64,000 nucleotides of DNA. Origin: an uncultured delta proteobacterium (GTDB lineage Bacteria > Desulfobacterota > RBG-13-43-22). The notes under the pieces are model-generated. The model did no database searches. It was not told the origin of the DNA and saw only the letters and a list, made by a program, of their open reading frames with translations. The position numbers and the translations under genes were made by a program. The stretch is from the NCBI GenBank assembly GCA_963711835.1, contig CAVQFQ010000015.1, positions 96,001 through 160,000 on the forward strand, given 5' to 3'. Below, one piece after another: positions 8,770-19,898 of the stretch (position 1 is its first letter; each line of letters starts with the position of its first letter).

Positions 8770-10040
8770 AGCCAGGCCCCCCTTCCCGGACTCGATCCTC
8801 CCGGATCTTCTTCGGCTGGGTTGTGATCGGCGGATTATTTATTACCGCCTGCTTCGGACCCATGGGGAGATATATCCTGACGGCCCTCTTCCCTTTTCTG
8901 ATGCAGGACCCGGGTTGGTCCCGGCAAACCATCGGCCTGGCTTTCACCCTCCATTTTTGGATCTATGCCTTCTTTGCCATTCTGGCCGGTAAGATGGTGG
9001 ACAGCCTCGGCGGCCGAGCCACCATTTTCCTGGGCGGTTTTTTAACCTTAGCCGGCCTGGTTCTGCTTTCCCTGGTAAAGGAAATCTGGCAATTCTACCT
9101 GGTCTTCGGGGTAATCCTGGCGGCGGCCGTTTCCATGACCCATTTCGTTCCCAACACCGCCCTGGTCAGAAAATGGTTTATCCATAAGGCCGGCCTGGCT
9201 ACCGGAGTGGTAACGGTGGGCACGGTGATCGGCTTCGCCTTCCTGCCTCCGATCATCAGCCAACTGAGCGCCCGAATGGGCTGGCGCAGCGCCTGTCTGA
9301 TCGCCGGGGGTGCCATGGGCAGCCTGATCATGGCCACGGCCTGGCTGTTAATCCGCAATAGTCCCGAATCCATGGGACTCCTGCCCGACGGAGAAAACCC
9401 CTCTCCCTCAGATGAATCCTCCGCAGACTTAGCGGGGGTTGAAGAACCCGGCCGGTTTACCACCCGTCAAACCCTGCGGGACCGGAATTTCTGGTATTAT
9501 TTTCTGGCCTATTCCATTACCGGTATCCCCATGCAGGGGATCTTAGGCCACGTAATCATCTGGGGGGTTGATCTGGGGTTTCCGGCAGCCAATTCCGGCC
9601 TTATCCTGGCCGCCCTCACCCTGCCCTCCATTCCGGTGCGCATCCTGGCCGGTTGGCTGGGAGACCGGTTAGGGAAAAAACGGGTCCTTATTCTATTCAC
9701 CCTTTACACGGTAGCGGTCTGGCTTCTGGGCTGGTTTATCATTACCGACCGCTGGTCTTTTATTGTTTTTATTCTCTTGCTGGGTTTCGGCTACAGCGCC
9801 CCTTTTTCTCTCTACACGCCTTTACTGGGTGATGTCTTCGGCCGACGGATCGTCGGGACGCTCATGGGCATCTTAACCTTGGGCCACGGTATCATCGGGG
9901 GTCTCGGCCCCACCTTATGGGGCTGGATTGCCGACCGGACCGGGTCCTATGTGCTCAATTGTCCGATCTCGGCCTTTTGCTATCTGCTGGTGGCTGTGTG
10001 TCTTTTTCTGTTTAAGGTGCCGGCGAAAAGGGAAGCCTGA
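8766..10040 (+). CDS. MFS transporter (OFA/MCT-like)
   Basis: About 12 hydrophobic segments; GKMVDSLGGR and GWLGDRLGKK motif A. Confidence 0.9.
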   Translation: MKPGPPSRTRSSRIFFGWVVIGGLFITACFGPMGRYILTALFPFLMQDPGWSRQTIGLAFTLHFWIYAFFAILAGKMVDSLGGRATIFLGGFLTLAGLVLLSLVKEIWQFYLVFGVILAAAVSMTHFVPNTALVRKWFIHKAGLATGVVTVGTVIGFAFLPPIISQLSARMGWRSACLIAGGAMGSLIMATAWLLIRNSPESMGLLPDGENPSPSDESSADLAGVEEPGRFTTRQTLRDRNFWYYFLAYSITGIPMQGILGHVIIWGVDLGFPAANSGLILAALTLPSIPVRILAGWLGDRLGKKRVLILFTLYTVAVWLLGWFIITDRWSFIVFILLLGFGYSAPFSLYTPLLGDVFGRRIVGTLMGILTLGHGIIGGLGPTLWGWIADRTGSYVLNCPISAFCYLLVAVCLFLFKVPAKREA

Positions 10041-10192
10041 CCGATGACCGGAATAGAACGAATTCCCCTGTGGGGCAGGGGAGATTTTAGTCCGCCTGGG
10101 TCGGAGCGACTGGAAATGCTTCACCCCCGCATAATGTCACCCTATTTAAGTCGTTCGCAATAAATTAACACACGATCATTAAAGGAGGGCCT

Positions 10193-11161
10193 ATGTTTAA
10201 AACGCGATTTACCGAGCACCTGGGTGTGGAATTTCCGATTCAGTGCGGGACCATGATGAACATCAGCGATGGCCCGTTCGTGGCCGCCGGCGCCAATGCC
10301 GGCATCTTGTCCTGCCTGGCCTCGGCCATGTTTCCAACCGAAGAACTCCTGACAGCGGAGATCAAAAAGATCCGGGACCTGACCGACAAACCTTTCGGGG
10401 TCAATATCTCCCTCTTTCCCAGCCTCCTCCCCCTGCCGGTGGAGCGCACCCTGGATATCCTGGCCGACCAGGGGATTCGAATCTTGGAAACGGCCGGACG
10501 CAATCCCGGTCCCTACCGGGAGCACATCCAGGAAGGGAATTTTTATCATATCCACAAGTGCGCCCGAATCAGGGATGCTGTCAAGGCAGAAAAAGTCGGG
10601 GTGGATATGGTGGCTGTAGTCGGGACGGAATGCGGCGGCCATCCCAGCATGGAGGAAGTTACCAGCCTGATTTTGATCCCGGAGGTAGCGGATCGGATTC
10701 GCATCCCTCTCATCGCCGGAGGGGGCTTTTGTGACGGAAAGACGCTGGTAGCGGCCTTGGCCCTGGGGGCCGACGGGGTTTTGATGGGAACCCGCTTTTT
10801 ATTATCCCGGGATTGCCCGATTCATCCGGCCCTGATGGAAAAGCTGGTTCAGGCCCAGGAAACCGATACGGTCGTAATCCAGAAGTCTATCGGGAGCGCC
10901 GCAAGGGTCCTGAGAAACAAACGGGCGGAACAGGTTCTGGAGCTGGAAGGCAAAGGAACCCCCCTCGAAGAACTGATCCCTTATATCAGCGGCAAGATAA
11001 CCGCCACGGCCTGGAAAAGCGGCAGCGAGGAGGCTATTTTTGCCTGCGGTCAAGTGGTCGGAAGACTGCGGGAAACGCCGACCATTACCGATCTGGTCGG
11101 AAAAATCATGGAGGAAGCTCAAGAGGCGGCCCAAAAAATTTGGCAAATCAGAAATACCTGA
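10193..11161 (+). CDS. Nitronate monooxygenase / FabK-like FMN oxidoreductase
   Basis: TDKPFGVNI, GTECGGH, IAGGGFCDG, ADGVLMGTRF. Confidence 0.88.
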   Translation: MFKTRFTEHLGVEFPIQCGTMMNISDGPFVAAGANAGILSCLASAMFPTEELLTAEIKKIRDLTDKPFGVNISLFPSLLPLPVERTLDILADQGIRILETAGRNPGPYREHIQEGNFYHIHKCARIRDAVKAEKVGVDMVAVVGTECGGHPSMEEVTSLILIPEVADRIRIPLIAGGGFCDGKTLVAALALGADGVLMGTRFLLSRDCPIHPALMEKLVQAQETDTVVIQKSIGSAARVLRNKRAEQVLELEGKGTPLEELIPYISGKITATAWKSGSEEAIFACGQVVGRLRETPTITDLVGKIMEEAQEAAQKIWQIRNT

Positions 11162-11257
11162 GCCAAAAATAGGACAGAGGGGCTTCGAACTGCTTCTAGC
11201 CTAACTCTCAGGCCCTTTGAATAAATTTCTTTCTTAAATTCGAAAGGAGCATATCAA

Positions 11258-12130
11258 ATGGAAATTAACAAGGTTTTGGTCGTTGGCAGCGGGACCATGG
11301 GCATGGGTATCGCCCAGGTTTGCGCCCAAAAAGGAATTTCGGTGGTTATTTCCGATGTCTCGCAGGAAGTTCTGGATAAAGCGGTAAAAAATATCCGTTG
11401 GTCCGTCTCCAAGTTCATTGAGAAGGGTAAACTTAAGGAAGACCTGGAGACGGTTATGGCCCGAATCCAAACCTCTACCGGTTTTGAAGCGGCCTCCGAG
11501 GTCGACCTGGTCATCGAAGCCGTTTTTGAAAAAATCGAGGTCAAGCATGAGGTCTTTAAAAAAATAGATCCCCTGGTACGAGAGAAGACCCTGCTGGCTT
11601 CCAACACCTCGGCTATCCCGATCAGTGAAATTGCTGCGGCGGTCAGTCGGCCGGAAAATTTTGTCGGAATCCATTTTTTCAATCCGGTACCGATGATGGA
11701 GGCGGTGGAAATCATCAAGGGGATTTCCACCAGTGAGGCCGCCTTTCAAGCCGGCGGGGATTTTATCCGCCTCATCGGCAAGGAACCGATCATGGTCCAC
11801 CGGGATATCGCCGGTTTTATACTGAATAGGATCAATATGCTCTCCAATATGGAGGCCTATCGGCTGGTGGAGCAGGGAGTGGCCACTCCGGAAGACATCG
11901 ACAAAGGAATACGCCTGGCTTTTGGAAGAAAAATGGGACCCTTTGAAACCTCGGATCTGGTCGGTCTGGAAGTTCAGCTCATGGCCTACACCAATGTCTA
12001 TAATGAGGAGAAAGATACCCGATTCTATCCCCCTTCCATTCTAAGACAGAAGGTCCTGGCCGGCCACCTGGGCCGCAAGACGGGCAAGGGCTGGTACGAG
12101 TACAACCCGGACGGCACCCGGAAAAAATAA
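11258..12130 (+). CDS. 3-hydroxyacyl(butyryl)-CoA dehydrogenase
   Basis: GSGTMGMGIA, EAVFE, SNTS, GIHFFNP, LGRKTGKGWY. Confidence 0.93.
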   Translation: MEINKVLVVGSGTMGMGIAQVCAQKGISVVISDVSQEVLDKAVKNIRWSVSKFIEKGKLKEDLETVMARIQTSTGFEAASEVDLVIEAVFEKIEVKHEVFKKIDPLVREKTLLASNTSAIPISEIAAAVSRPENFVGIHFFNPVPMMEAVEIIKGISTSEAAFQAGGDFIRLIGKEPIMVHRDIAGFILNRINMLSNMEAYRLVEQGVATPEDIDKGIRLAFGRKMGPFETSDLVGLEVQLMAYTNVYNEEKDTRFYPPSILRQKVLAGHLGRKTGKGWYEYNPDGTRKK

Positions 12131-12135
12131 AACCT

Positions 12136-12227
12136 CCAAGGGTTCGAGGGGTCGAGGATTCAAGGGTTCAAGTTAAAAGGGAAGAAAAACGTTTCCGAAC
12201 CCTCGGCCCCTTGAACCCTTGGACCCT
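12136..12227. repeat. Octamer-periodic inverted-repeat hairpin element (GGGTTCAA unit), copy 1
   Basis: ccaagggttcgaggggtcgaggattcaagggttcaag ... cgaaccctcggccccttgaacccttggaccct; sibling at 55190-55278. Confidence 0.8.
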
Positions 12228-12251
12228 CTTACTTTAAGAAAGGAATAATTT

Positions 12252-13025
12252 ATGGAACTAAAAAACAGCACCGCGATTATTACCGGAGGGGCATCAGGAT
12301 TGGGCGAAGCCACGGCCCGGGCCATCGTTCACGGAGGCGGGAGAGTGGCCCTGCTGGATATGGACCGGGAAAGGGGCGCACACCTGGCCGCCGAACTTGG
12401 GAAGACAGCCCTATTCTTCCAGGCCGATGTCAGCCAGGAAAAGGCCATGGATGAAGTGGTTGGGAAAATAAAGGAAGCCTTCGGCGCCTTTCAGGTTGTG
12501 GTCAACTGCGCCGGCATAGGCGGATCGGTTAAAGTTGTCGGCAAAGAAGGGGTCATGCCCCTGGAACGTTTTAACCGAACCGTCCAGATCAATCTGATCG
12601 GGACCTTCAACGTCATTCGGGCTACGGCCCCATCCCTGATGGAAAATACGCCGAATGGGGAAGGGGAAAGAGGGGTGGTTATCAATACCGCCTCTATCGC
12701 GGCTTTTGACGGGCAGGTCGGACAGGCCGCCTATTCTTCTTCGAAAGGCGGGGTAGTCTCCATGACCCTGCCCCTGGCCCGGGAATTTGCGGCCAACGGC
12801 ATCCGCATCATGACCATCCTCCCGGGAATCATGGAAACACCCATGTTGGCCAGAATGGAGGACAAAATCAAAGACCGTCTGGCCCAGCAGGTGCCTTTTC
12901 CAGCTCGTTTGGGCAGGCCCTCCGAATTCGCCTCTCTGGCCAGCCATATCATTCAGAACCCTTATCTGAATGGAGAGTTTATTCGATTGGACGGCGCCCT
13001 GCGCATGGGCTTCGGGAGAAAATAA
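12252..13025 (+). CDS. SDR 3-hydroxyacyl-CoA dehydrogenase type II (HSD17B10-like)
   Basis: TGGASGLG, NCAG, YSSSKGG, NGEFIRLDGALRM. Confidence 0.92.
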   Translation: MELKNSTAIITGGASGLGEATARAIVHGGGRVALLDMDRERGAHLAAELGKTALFFQADVSQEKAMDEVVGKIKEAFGAFQVVVNCAGIGGSVKVVGKEGVMPLERFNRTVQINLIGTFNVIRATAPSLMENTPNGEGERGVVINTASIAAFDGQVGQAAYSSSKGGVVSMTLPLAREFAANGIRIMTILPGIMETPMLARMEDKIKDRLAQQVPFPARLGRPSEFASLASHIIQNPYLNGEFIRLDGALRMGFGRK

Positions 13026-13163
13026 CAAGGGGGCTTCCCTTGGCCGAGATCCCCTGGTAGTTGAGGGTGGGGACTACGGAGGTGGCCCAGGCAATTAACC
13101 GGGAGGCGATGAAAATTATTCAGACCCGAAGGACTTCGAGAGTCCTCCGGGCCCGCCATGGCT

Positions 13164-15686
13164 TTAGGAATTTTTTAGCAGTAACGGCAGGTAAAGATGA
13201 TAAAAATCTTTTAAAAGAATTATCCGGGACTCGCCGGGGATGCCGTTGACGAAGACGGTCAGTAAGGCGTGGCCAAACGGAAAACCGGTGACCGCCGTCG
13301 AGGTATAGGCGGTATCCGTGAAGGGATTGTTGGGATCCGGCGTAAGCCAGCGGACATGCTGGTTATCCAGGCGGTACAACTGAACCAGGGGATAGTTGGT
13401 GGCCGAATTGATTGAGTTTCCGCCGGAACCCTCGGCCAAATTGTATCCCCGGAACCCGGTCCCGGTCACCGAAAGCTGCCTTCCCGGGAATAAAGGCGAG
13501 GTGGCGCCGGTTACCGTGGGGCGCCAGGATTCAGAAAAACCAAGGCCGAGATCATAGAGTTCTGAGACCTTTGTTCCTTCCATTACAGCTACGTCACCTC
13601 CGACTACCAGCACTTTTCCGTTCGGAAGTAACGTGGAGGAGTGATGTTGCCGGCCGGTATTCAGATCGCCGGTGGCACTCCAGGTTCCTGAAGCCGGGCT
13701 ATAGATTTCGGAGTAACTCAAGTTCCCAAACCCCCCGGTCACCAGGACCGTTCCGTTTGGAAGCAGCGTGGCCCGGTGCAGGGCGCGAGGATTTAGCAGG
13801 CTGCCCGTGGCGCTCCAGGTCCCAATTCCTGTATCCGGATCGAAAATTTCAACACTCGAGGAGGGGTTGCTACCAATCCAACCTCCGGCTATCAAGACTT
13901 TGCCATTCGGCAGAAGCGAAGCCGTTTGACTGTAATGGCCCGTCGAAAGGTTCCCCGTCAAGGTGCAATTCCCGGAAGCCGGATTGAAAATCTCGGCCGT
14001 ATCCAGCGTGCTGCTGTTCCATCCCCCCGCTATCAGGACCCTGCCACTTGGCAATAACGTGGCTGTATGATAAGCCCTGGTACTATTAAGAGTGGTGGGT
14101 GCTGCCGTCCAGGTCCCCGAGGCTGGGTCATAGATTTCCAAGCTGTTCCAAAAATTACTCATGTTATTGGTTCCCCCCGCCACCAGTACTTTGCCGTTCG
14201 ACAGCAACGTGGCCGAATGACCGTAGCGAGGGGTTCCCATACTGGCAGTCGCACTCCAGGTCCCGGCTGTCGGGTCATACAGCTCGGCGCTTGACCGGAC
14301 GTCGTTAATGTAATGGAGATACCCCCCGGCTACCAAGACCTTGCCATTAGGCAGCAGGGTAGCCGTGTGTTCGGCCCGTGAGGAAATCAGGCTGCCGGTT
14401 TCACTCCAGGTGCCGTCACCCGGATCGTAAAGCTCGGCGCTGTCCATTGAAGTCCCGCCATTAGCCCCGCCCGAAACCAGGACTTTCCCATCAGGGAGTA
14501 GCGTCGCCTGGTGATAATACCTTCCATTCGACAGGCTTCCCGTGCTATTCCAGGCCCCTTCCGCATGATTTATAGATTTCGACGTCCGTCCAAACCCGAG
14601 ATCCCGTTATACCCCCCCGTGCTCAGGACCCGACCATCCGGCAGTAGGGTAGACGATGGTTGGCCGATGGGGACAGGCAGGCTGGCGGTAGAACTCCAGA
14701 GCCCGGTATCCGGGTCAAAGACCTCGGCACTGGCCAAAGGACTGAGGGGGCTGAGGCTGTTATATCCCCCCGTTACCAGGACTTTCCCGTTGGGCAGCAT
14801 GGAGGCCGAATGAAGGGCTCGGACAGCGTTCAGATTATTCGAGGTTGGCGTCCAGGTCTTGGCGACCGGGTCATACAATTCGGCGCTGTTTAAACAGCCA
14901 GTATTGGTAGTTCCCCCGGAAACCAGAACTTTGTTGTTCGGTAAAAGCGTGGCGGTATGATAGTTCCGAGCAGTAGATAGAAAGGTTGTTTCGGTCCAGG
15001 TACCGTTGGGTCCGATTGCCGGATCATAGATTTCGGCGCTGTTCAGAGAACCCCCACCGGTAAGCATGTTATAGCCACCTGTAACGAGGACCCTCCCGTC
15101 GGATAAAAGCGTGGCATTGTGTACGTAACGGGAGGTAGTCATACTGTTGCTTGTTGGGGTCCAGGTATCGGTTGCCGGATCGTAGATCTCAGCGCCGGAC
15201 AGATAGTCACTCCCGGTCCAGCCCCCAACGACCAAAACCCTGCCATTCAGCAAAAGGGTGGCGGTGTGCCCGTAACGTATATTACTCATGCTCCTTGCCG
15301 GACCCCAGGTCCCGGTGGCCGGGTCGTAGATTTCAGCTACTCTGAAGCGAGTTACTCCCATTGTACCCACCGGCTATCAGGACGTTGCCGTTAGGCATCA
15401 GCGTAGCCGTGTGAGAACCGCGTGAGCCCGACATGGCGCCTGTCGGACTCCAGGTCCCGGTGGCCGGATCATACAACTCGGCGCTGTTTAAAAAGCTGCC
15501 GTTACTCCCACCGGCGACCAGAACCTGCCCGTTAGGCAGCAGCGTAACCGTGTGTCCGCTGCGGGCCGTGGCCATAGGGTTAAGGCTCGTCCAGGAGGCC
15601 GCTTCTACTGGTGCGGCCAGTGGCGATAGGGCACTTAGCCCCAGCAGGACCAATAAAACAGTTAGAGAACGAAATGGAAATTTCAT
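13164..15686 (-). CDS. Secreted Kelch-repeat protein (14 repeats, ~839 aa), split by three +1 indels
   Basis: Signal peptide MKFPFRSLTVLLVLLG; repeats R..HTATLLPNGKVLVAGG..AELYDP continue across ORFs 15333-15686, 14570-15370 and 13164-14447; extra bases at ~15339, ~14590, ~14570. Confidence 0.8.
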
Positions 15687-15871
15687 AACCTTCCTCCGAT
15701 ATTAATTATTCCTAATTGAGGGCAGGTTATAAAATTGTTGTGAAGCAAGTCAAGAAGATAAATAGATCGAGGGGACATCCTATAATCTTCCTGTCAAGGC
15801 CTTTTTAAATCAGGAAAATATTGCAAAACCAGGCCGTATCCATTAACAATAAGAAAAGAAAGGAATGCCGG

Positions 15872-16711
15872 ATGGACAAATTAATCATTACCGCAGCCTT
15901 GACCGGCGCGTCTCCTACCAAGGAGCAAAATCCCCATGTCCCTTACAGCCCGGCTGAAATTGCGGCTGAGGCCCTGCGATGCTGCCGGGCCGGGGCGGCT
16001 ATCGTGCATATCCACGTCCGAGACCCGCAGAGCGGGAAACCCGCCTTTGAAAGAGCGCTTTTTGCCGAAGTGGTCGAACGCATCCGGGGGGAAACGGATC
16101 TGCTCATCAACCTGACGACCAGCGCCTTCAATCTGACCGGACCGGATGTGGGCCGCCGTCGTCTCATGCCCTTGGAGATGAAGCCCGATTTGTGTTCTCT
16201 CGATGTGGGCAGTCTTAATTTCCGGGAGGGGCGGGTCTTTGTCAATCCCCCGGACTGGGTGGAAACGGCCGCCGTCGAGATACGTAAAGCCGGAGTAAAG
16301 CCTGAACTGGAGGTCTTTGACCTGGGCCATATCCGCCAGGCCGTTGATCTGCTGAGGCAAGGCCTGCTGGATCCCCCAGCCTATTTTCAACTCTGTCTGG
16401 GTGTGCCCTGGGGTATCTATGGCGACATCGAAGGCCTCCTGGCCATGAAAAACCGGCTGCCCGAAGAAAGCCAATGGTCCGTTATGGGGGTGGGACCATT
16501 ACAACTTCCTTTGACGACCCACGCCTTGCTCCTGGGAGGACATATCCGGGTCGGTTTTGAAGACAACCTTTACCTGAGCCGCGGGCTGAAAGCCGATTCC
16601 AATGCCCGCTTTGTGGAACGGGCGGTAGCCCTGGCCGGACTTCTGGGGCGGGAAGTCGCTTCCTGCAGCGAAGCCCGGCGAATCCTCAATCTACCCGATA
16701 GGGAGAAATAA
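15872..16711 (+). CDS. 3-keto-5-aminohexanoate cleavage enzyme family (BKACE/DUF849)
   Basis: LIITAALTGA, GAAIVHIHVRD, RVGFEDN; start moved to the ATG after the AAGGA RBS. Confidence 0.92.
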   Translation: MDKLIITAALTGASPTKEQNPHVPYSPAEIAAEALRCCRAGAAIVHIHVRDPQSGKPAFERALFAEVVERIRGETDLLINLTTSAFNLTGPDVGRRRLMPLEMKPDLCSLDVGSLNFREGRVFVNPPDWVETAAVEIRKAGVKPELEVFDLGHIRQAVDLLRQGLLDPPAYFQLCLGVPWGIYGDIEGLLAMKNRLPEESQWSVMGVGPLQLPLTTHALLLGGHIRVGFEDNLYLSRGLKADSNARFVERAVALAGLLGREVASCSEARRILNLPDREK

Positions 16712-16739
16712 GCATACCCGGTGCCGGGATCATGAGGAG

Positions 16740-17537
16740 ATGGATATGGATTTAGGATTGAAAGACCGGGTGGCCCTGGTCTGCGGGGCCAGCAAAGGCT
16801 TGGGCCGGGCCGTGGCCGAAGGTCTGGCCCGGGAAGGGGCCGGACTGGCCATCTGCTCCCGGAGCGAGGAAAACATCCGGAAGGCCGCTTCGGAGATTTC
16901 AAACCAAAACAGCGTCGAGGTCTTAGGCTTGGCCGCGGACCTGTCGCGGGCTGAAGAGGCCGGCCAATTTTTTAAAAAAGCCCTGGACTATTTCGGTCGG
17001 ATCGATATCCTGATCACCAATGCCGGGGGCCCTCCCTCCCTGCCTTTCAGCGAGATCAGCGACGAGCAGTGGGAGAACGCTTTTCATTTGACTCTGATGA
17101 GCGCGGTTGTTTTGATCCGGGCGGTTTTGCCCGAAATGGAGCAACGGAAATTCGGCCGGATCGTCAACCTGACCTCCGTGGCCGTTAAACAACCCATCGA
17201 AGGCTTGATCCTTTCCAACACCCTGCGCTCCGGACTGGTCGGTCTGGCCAAGACCCTGTCCGCGACCTATGCTTCAGCCAACATTACCATCAATAATGTC
17301 TGTCCCGGATTCACCCTGACGGAACGAGTTAAAGAACTTTCCGAAGTGGTTGCTCAACGGAAAGGCATTGCCCCCGACCAGGTGATCCGGGAATGGGAGA
17401 CCCAGATCCCAATGGGACGGATGGGCCGGCCGGAGGAACTGGCCGATCTGGTGGTTTTTTTGGCTTCGGAAAAAGCCGGCTATATCACCGGGACCACTAT
17501 TCAGGTTGATGGGGGATACTATCGGGGATTGATGTAG
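16740..17537 (+). CDS. SDR family oxidoreductase (FabG-like)
   Basis: GASKGLG, NAGGPP, SNTLRSGL, YITGTTIQVDGG. Confidence 0.9.
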   Translation: MDMDLGLKDRVALVCGASKGLGRAVAEGLAREGAGLAICSRSEENIRKAASEISNQNSVEVLGLAADLSRAEEAGQFFKKALDYFGRIDILITNAGGPPSLPFSEISDEQWENAFHLTLMSAVVLIRAVLPEMEQRKFGRIVNLTSVAVKQPIEGLILSNTLRSGLVGLAKTLSATYASANITINNVCPGFTLTERVKELSEVVAQRKGIAPDQVIREWETQIPMGRMGRPEELADLVVFLASEKAGYITGTTIQVDGGYYRGLM

Positions 17538-17571
17538 GGCCGGCGGACGAAATCACCGGATACAATTCGGC

Positions 17572-18133
17572 TCAGAGGAGGGTCATGACCGCCCCTGAGG
17601 TTAAGGGCATGGTCAGATTGTCGTCCGGTCCGAAAGGCAGGGCTTCTGCTGCGGCAGCCACGACAGCCCCGATCAAGACTTTCCAGAAAGGCACCAGGGA
17701 GAGAGCTAGACCAATAGCTCATACAGGCGCCCAGACAGGCCAGACTGCCCTCCAGGGATTTTCCAGGGAAAAGAGGGATGCGGCCCCAGCGGGAACCGAC
17801 CAGGGCAGCCGCCGTATCGCCCAGGATCATAAAGGTCAAGGCTAAGACGGCGATCGGTTTGGGATAGAAGGCCACTGACAAAAAGGACGAAAGCAACAAA
17901 TAACTGGAACCGGTCAGGGATTTTTTCTTTTCTTTTTGCCTGATTACCGGATTAAAAATGCGGCTCAACTTTTCATTCCAGGAAGGAATAATCAAGCGCA
18001 AGGCATCCCCGGTAATCCAAAGGGATGCGATGAGGCCCAGAACCCACAAAGCCGTTGAGGAGGAGACCAGCCAAACCCCTATGGGGATGGCCAAGGCGGA
18101 AAGGTGGATCGCTTTTCTTTTAACTTCGTTCAA
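17572..18133 (-). CDS. Polyprenol/phytol/diacylglycerol kinase family (SEC59/VTE5-like), +1 indel at ~17719
   Basis: [22 protein letters not shown]; shifted frame continues ...[16 protein letters not shown], stop at 17572. Confidence 0.8.
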
Positions 18134-18156
18134 CTATTCCCCGTAAAGGAGGCCCA

Positions 18157-18663
18157 ATGGACCTGACCGTTTTTGAATCTATGGATAACACACAGATGAA
18201 AAGTTACCTGGAATTTTTACTTTGGCATTACCGGGTGGTGGATGCCTTCTGGTTTCTTTATGTGGCCGAGAAGTTCGACCAGCCCACAGCGGAACGGATC
18301 AACGAAAGGGTTTGGGCCCGGGTTCCGCGGATGGCGGCCAAAGATCTGATCAAACGATTTGACATCCAGGATAAGGGCCTCCAGGGATTTGTCAAGGCCC
18401 TGAGGCTATTCCCCTGGACCATCCTGGTCGGTTATGAAATCGAGGCGAAGCAGGATGAGGTCATCATCACCGTTCCCCACTGCGCCACCCAGGAGGCCCG
18501 GCTGAAACGGGGATTAAATGAGTTCGTCTGTAAAGACATGCACAAAGGAGAATTTGAAAGCTTTGCCCATGAAATCGATCCGGCCATTCGGGTTGAATGT
18601 CTCTTCGCCCCTCCGGATCCCCATCCCGAGGAACTGTTCTGCAAGTGGCGGTTTACCTTATGA
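18157..18663 (+). CDS. DUF6125-like protein (V4R/ATC-hydrolase-like small ligand-binding fold)
   Basis: [42 protein letters not shown]. Confidence 0.7.
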   Translation: MDLTVFESMDNTQMKSYLEFLLWHYRVVDAFWFLYVAEKFDQPTAERINERVWARVPRMAAKDLIKRFDIQDKGLQGFVKALRLFPWTILVGYEIEAKQDEVIITVPHCATQEARLKRGLNEFVCKDMHKGEFESFAHEIDPAIRVECLFAPPDPHPEELFCKWRFTL

Positions 18664-18728
18664 CGCCTTTAAGGACTTGGCTCCCCCCACTCCTTTAGGG
18701 CTGAAAAAGGCCGCACCTGAGAGACCAT

Positions 18729-19796
18729 TTATTTCAGACTGATGGCCTTCTCCGGACAAATTTCCTGACAGCAAAAACAGGTGATGCAGGTCTCGGCGTC
18801 CACGCGAGGGAGGTCGTCAGCCATGGACAAGGCCGATACCGGACACTGCTCGACGCAGGTGCCGCAACCGGTGCATAAGGCCGGATCGGCCTGGGGGCGC
18901 AAGAGTAATCGGCTTCGGAACATGGCTTGGATAGGCGTATCGGAAAGAATCGCTTCGCCACCCAGCGGAGGAAGCTTGAAATCGGGCACGGGTTTCAGCA
19001 CTCCCAGGATTTCGATGGTGCTGATATCGTAATCCCCCAGGCCCGCCTCCTTGGCCTTTTGCAGGAACCGCAGCCGCCCCGGTTCACAGCCCATCATGGC
19101 CGCCATAACCGCATCCAGGGCCACGGCGTTGTCGGAGGCCAGGATCAGTCCGATATTTCTGAGGTCAGGGGACGCCGGACCGTTGCCCTCCATGCCGACC
19201 ACGGCATCCACCAGAAAGAGATCGGGTACCCGGAGCCGGAAGACCTCAACCACCATGTCATTGAATCGTTCGGGGCTGCCGGCCGCTTTATGCAGCTTGG
19301 CTTTCTGGGCTCCGGGTAAAAAACCGTAACTGTTTTTTATGGCCCCGGTGACTACGGTCAGGCCGTGGGTTTTGAACTTCGGCAGGCTGATGATAATATC
19401 GGCTTCCAGGATGATACGGGAGAGGCTCACCCTGGGCATAAAAGCGGGATTGAAATCAACCTGCACCGAATCGGTTCCGATATTCCGATAATAGCCTTTG
19501 GCGGCATCCATCAGACCGGTTCTTTTAAAGCTGGCCTCATTGGCCCCATAGCTGAAAAGTCCCGGATTGTCGCCCACCACGATAGAGGCCGGTCCCATGG
19601 TTTCGACCTGGTCCACTACGGCCCGAAGGACCGCCGGATGGGTCACCAGCCCTTCTTCGGCCTCCGATTCCCGAAGGACATTGGGCTTTATCAGGACTTT
19701 TTTCCCCTGCAGGTCCAGGGGGAAGAGTTCAAAGGCGCGCTCTACTGCCGGCCGGACATTTTCATAGGCAGCCGGATGAATCATGACTTTAGACAA
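18729..19796 (-). CDS. DUF362 domain protein with C-terminal 2x[4Fe-4S] ferredoxin
   Basis: VLIKPN, THPAV, PKFKTH, GAIKN, GMEGNGP; CTGCGTCVEQCP and CITCFCCQEICP; TTG start after GAGGAGG. Confidence 0.88.
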   Translation of the reverse strand: MSKVMIHPAAYENVRPAVERAFELFPLDLQGKKVLIKPNVLRESEAEEGLVTHPAVLRAVVDQVETMGPASIVVGDNPGLFSYGANEASFKRTGLMDAAKGYYRNIGTDSVQVDFNPAFMPRVSLSRIILEADIIISLPKFKTHGLTVVTGAIKNSYGFLPGAQKAKLHKAAGSPERFNDMVVEVFRLRVPDLFLVDAVVGMEGNGPASPDLRNIGLILASDNAVALDAVMAAMMGCEPGRLRFLQKAKEAGLGDYDISTIEILGVLKPVPDFKLPPLGGEAILSDTPIQAMFRSRLLLRPQADPALCTGCGTCVEQCPVSALSMADDLPRVDAETCITCFCCQEICPEKAISLK

Positions 19797-19898
19797 AGTG
19801 TATTCCTCCTCAGGGTTTTTCGGATGGAGCGAAAAACCGGCCAATAATTTTTTGGTATCGTTCAAAAGTTTCGGGATAAGCGCATTATGGCCTAACCA

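Noticed and set aside
15333-15345. Selenocysteine or stop read-through in the Kelch gene
   Set aside because: Homology continues in a different frame, so this is an indel rather than an in-frame TGA
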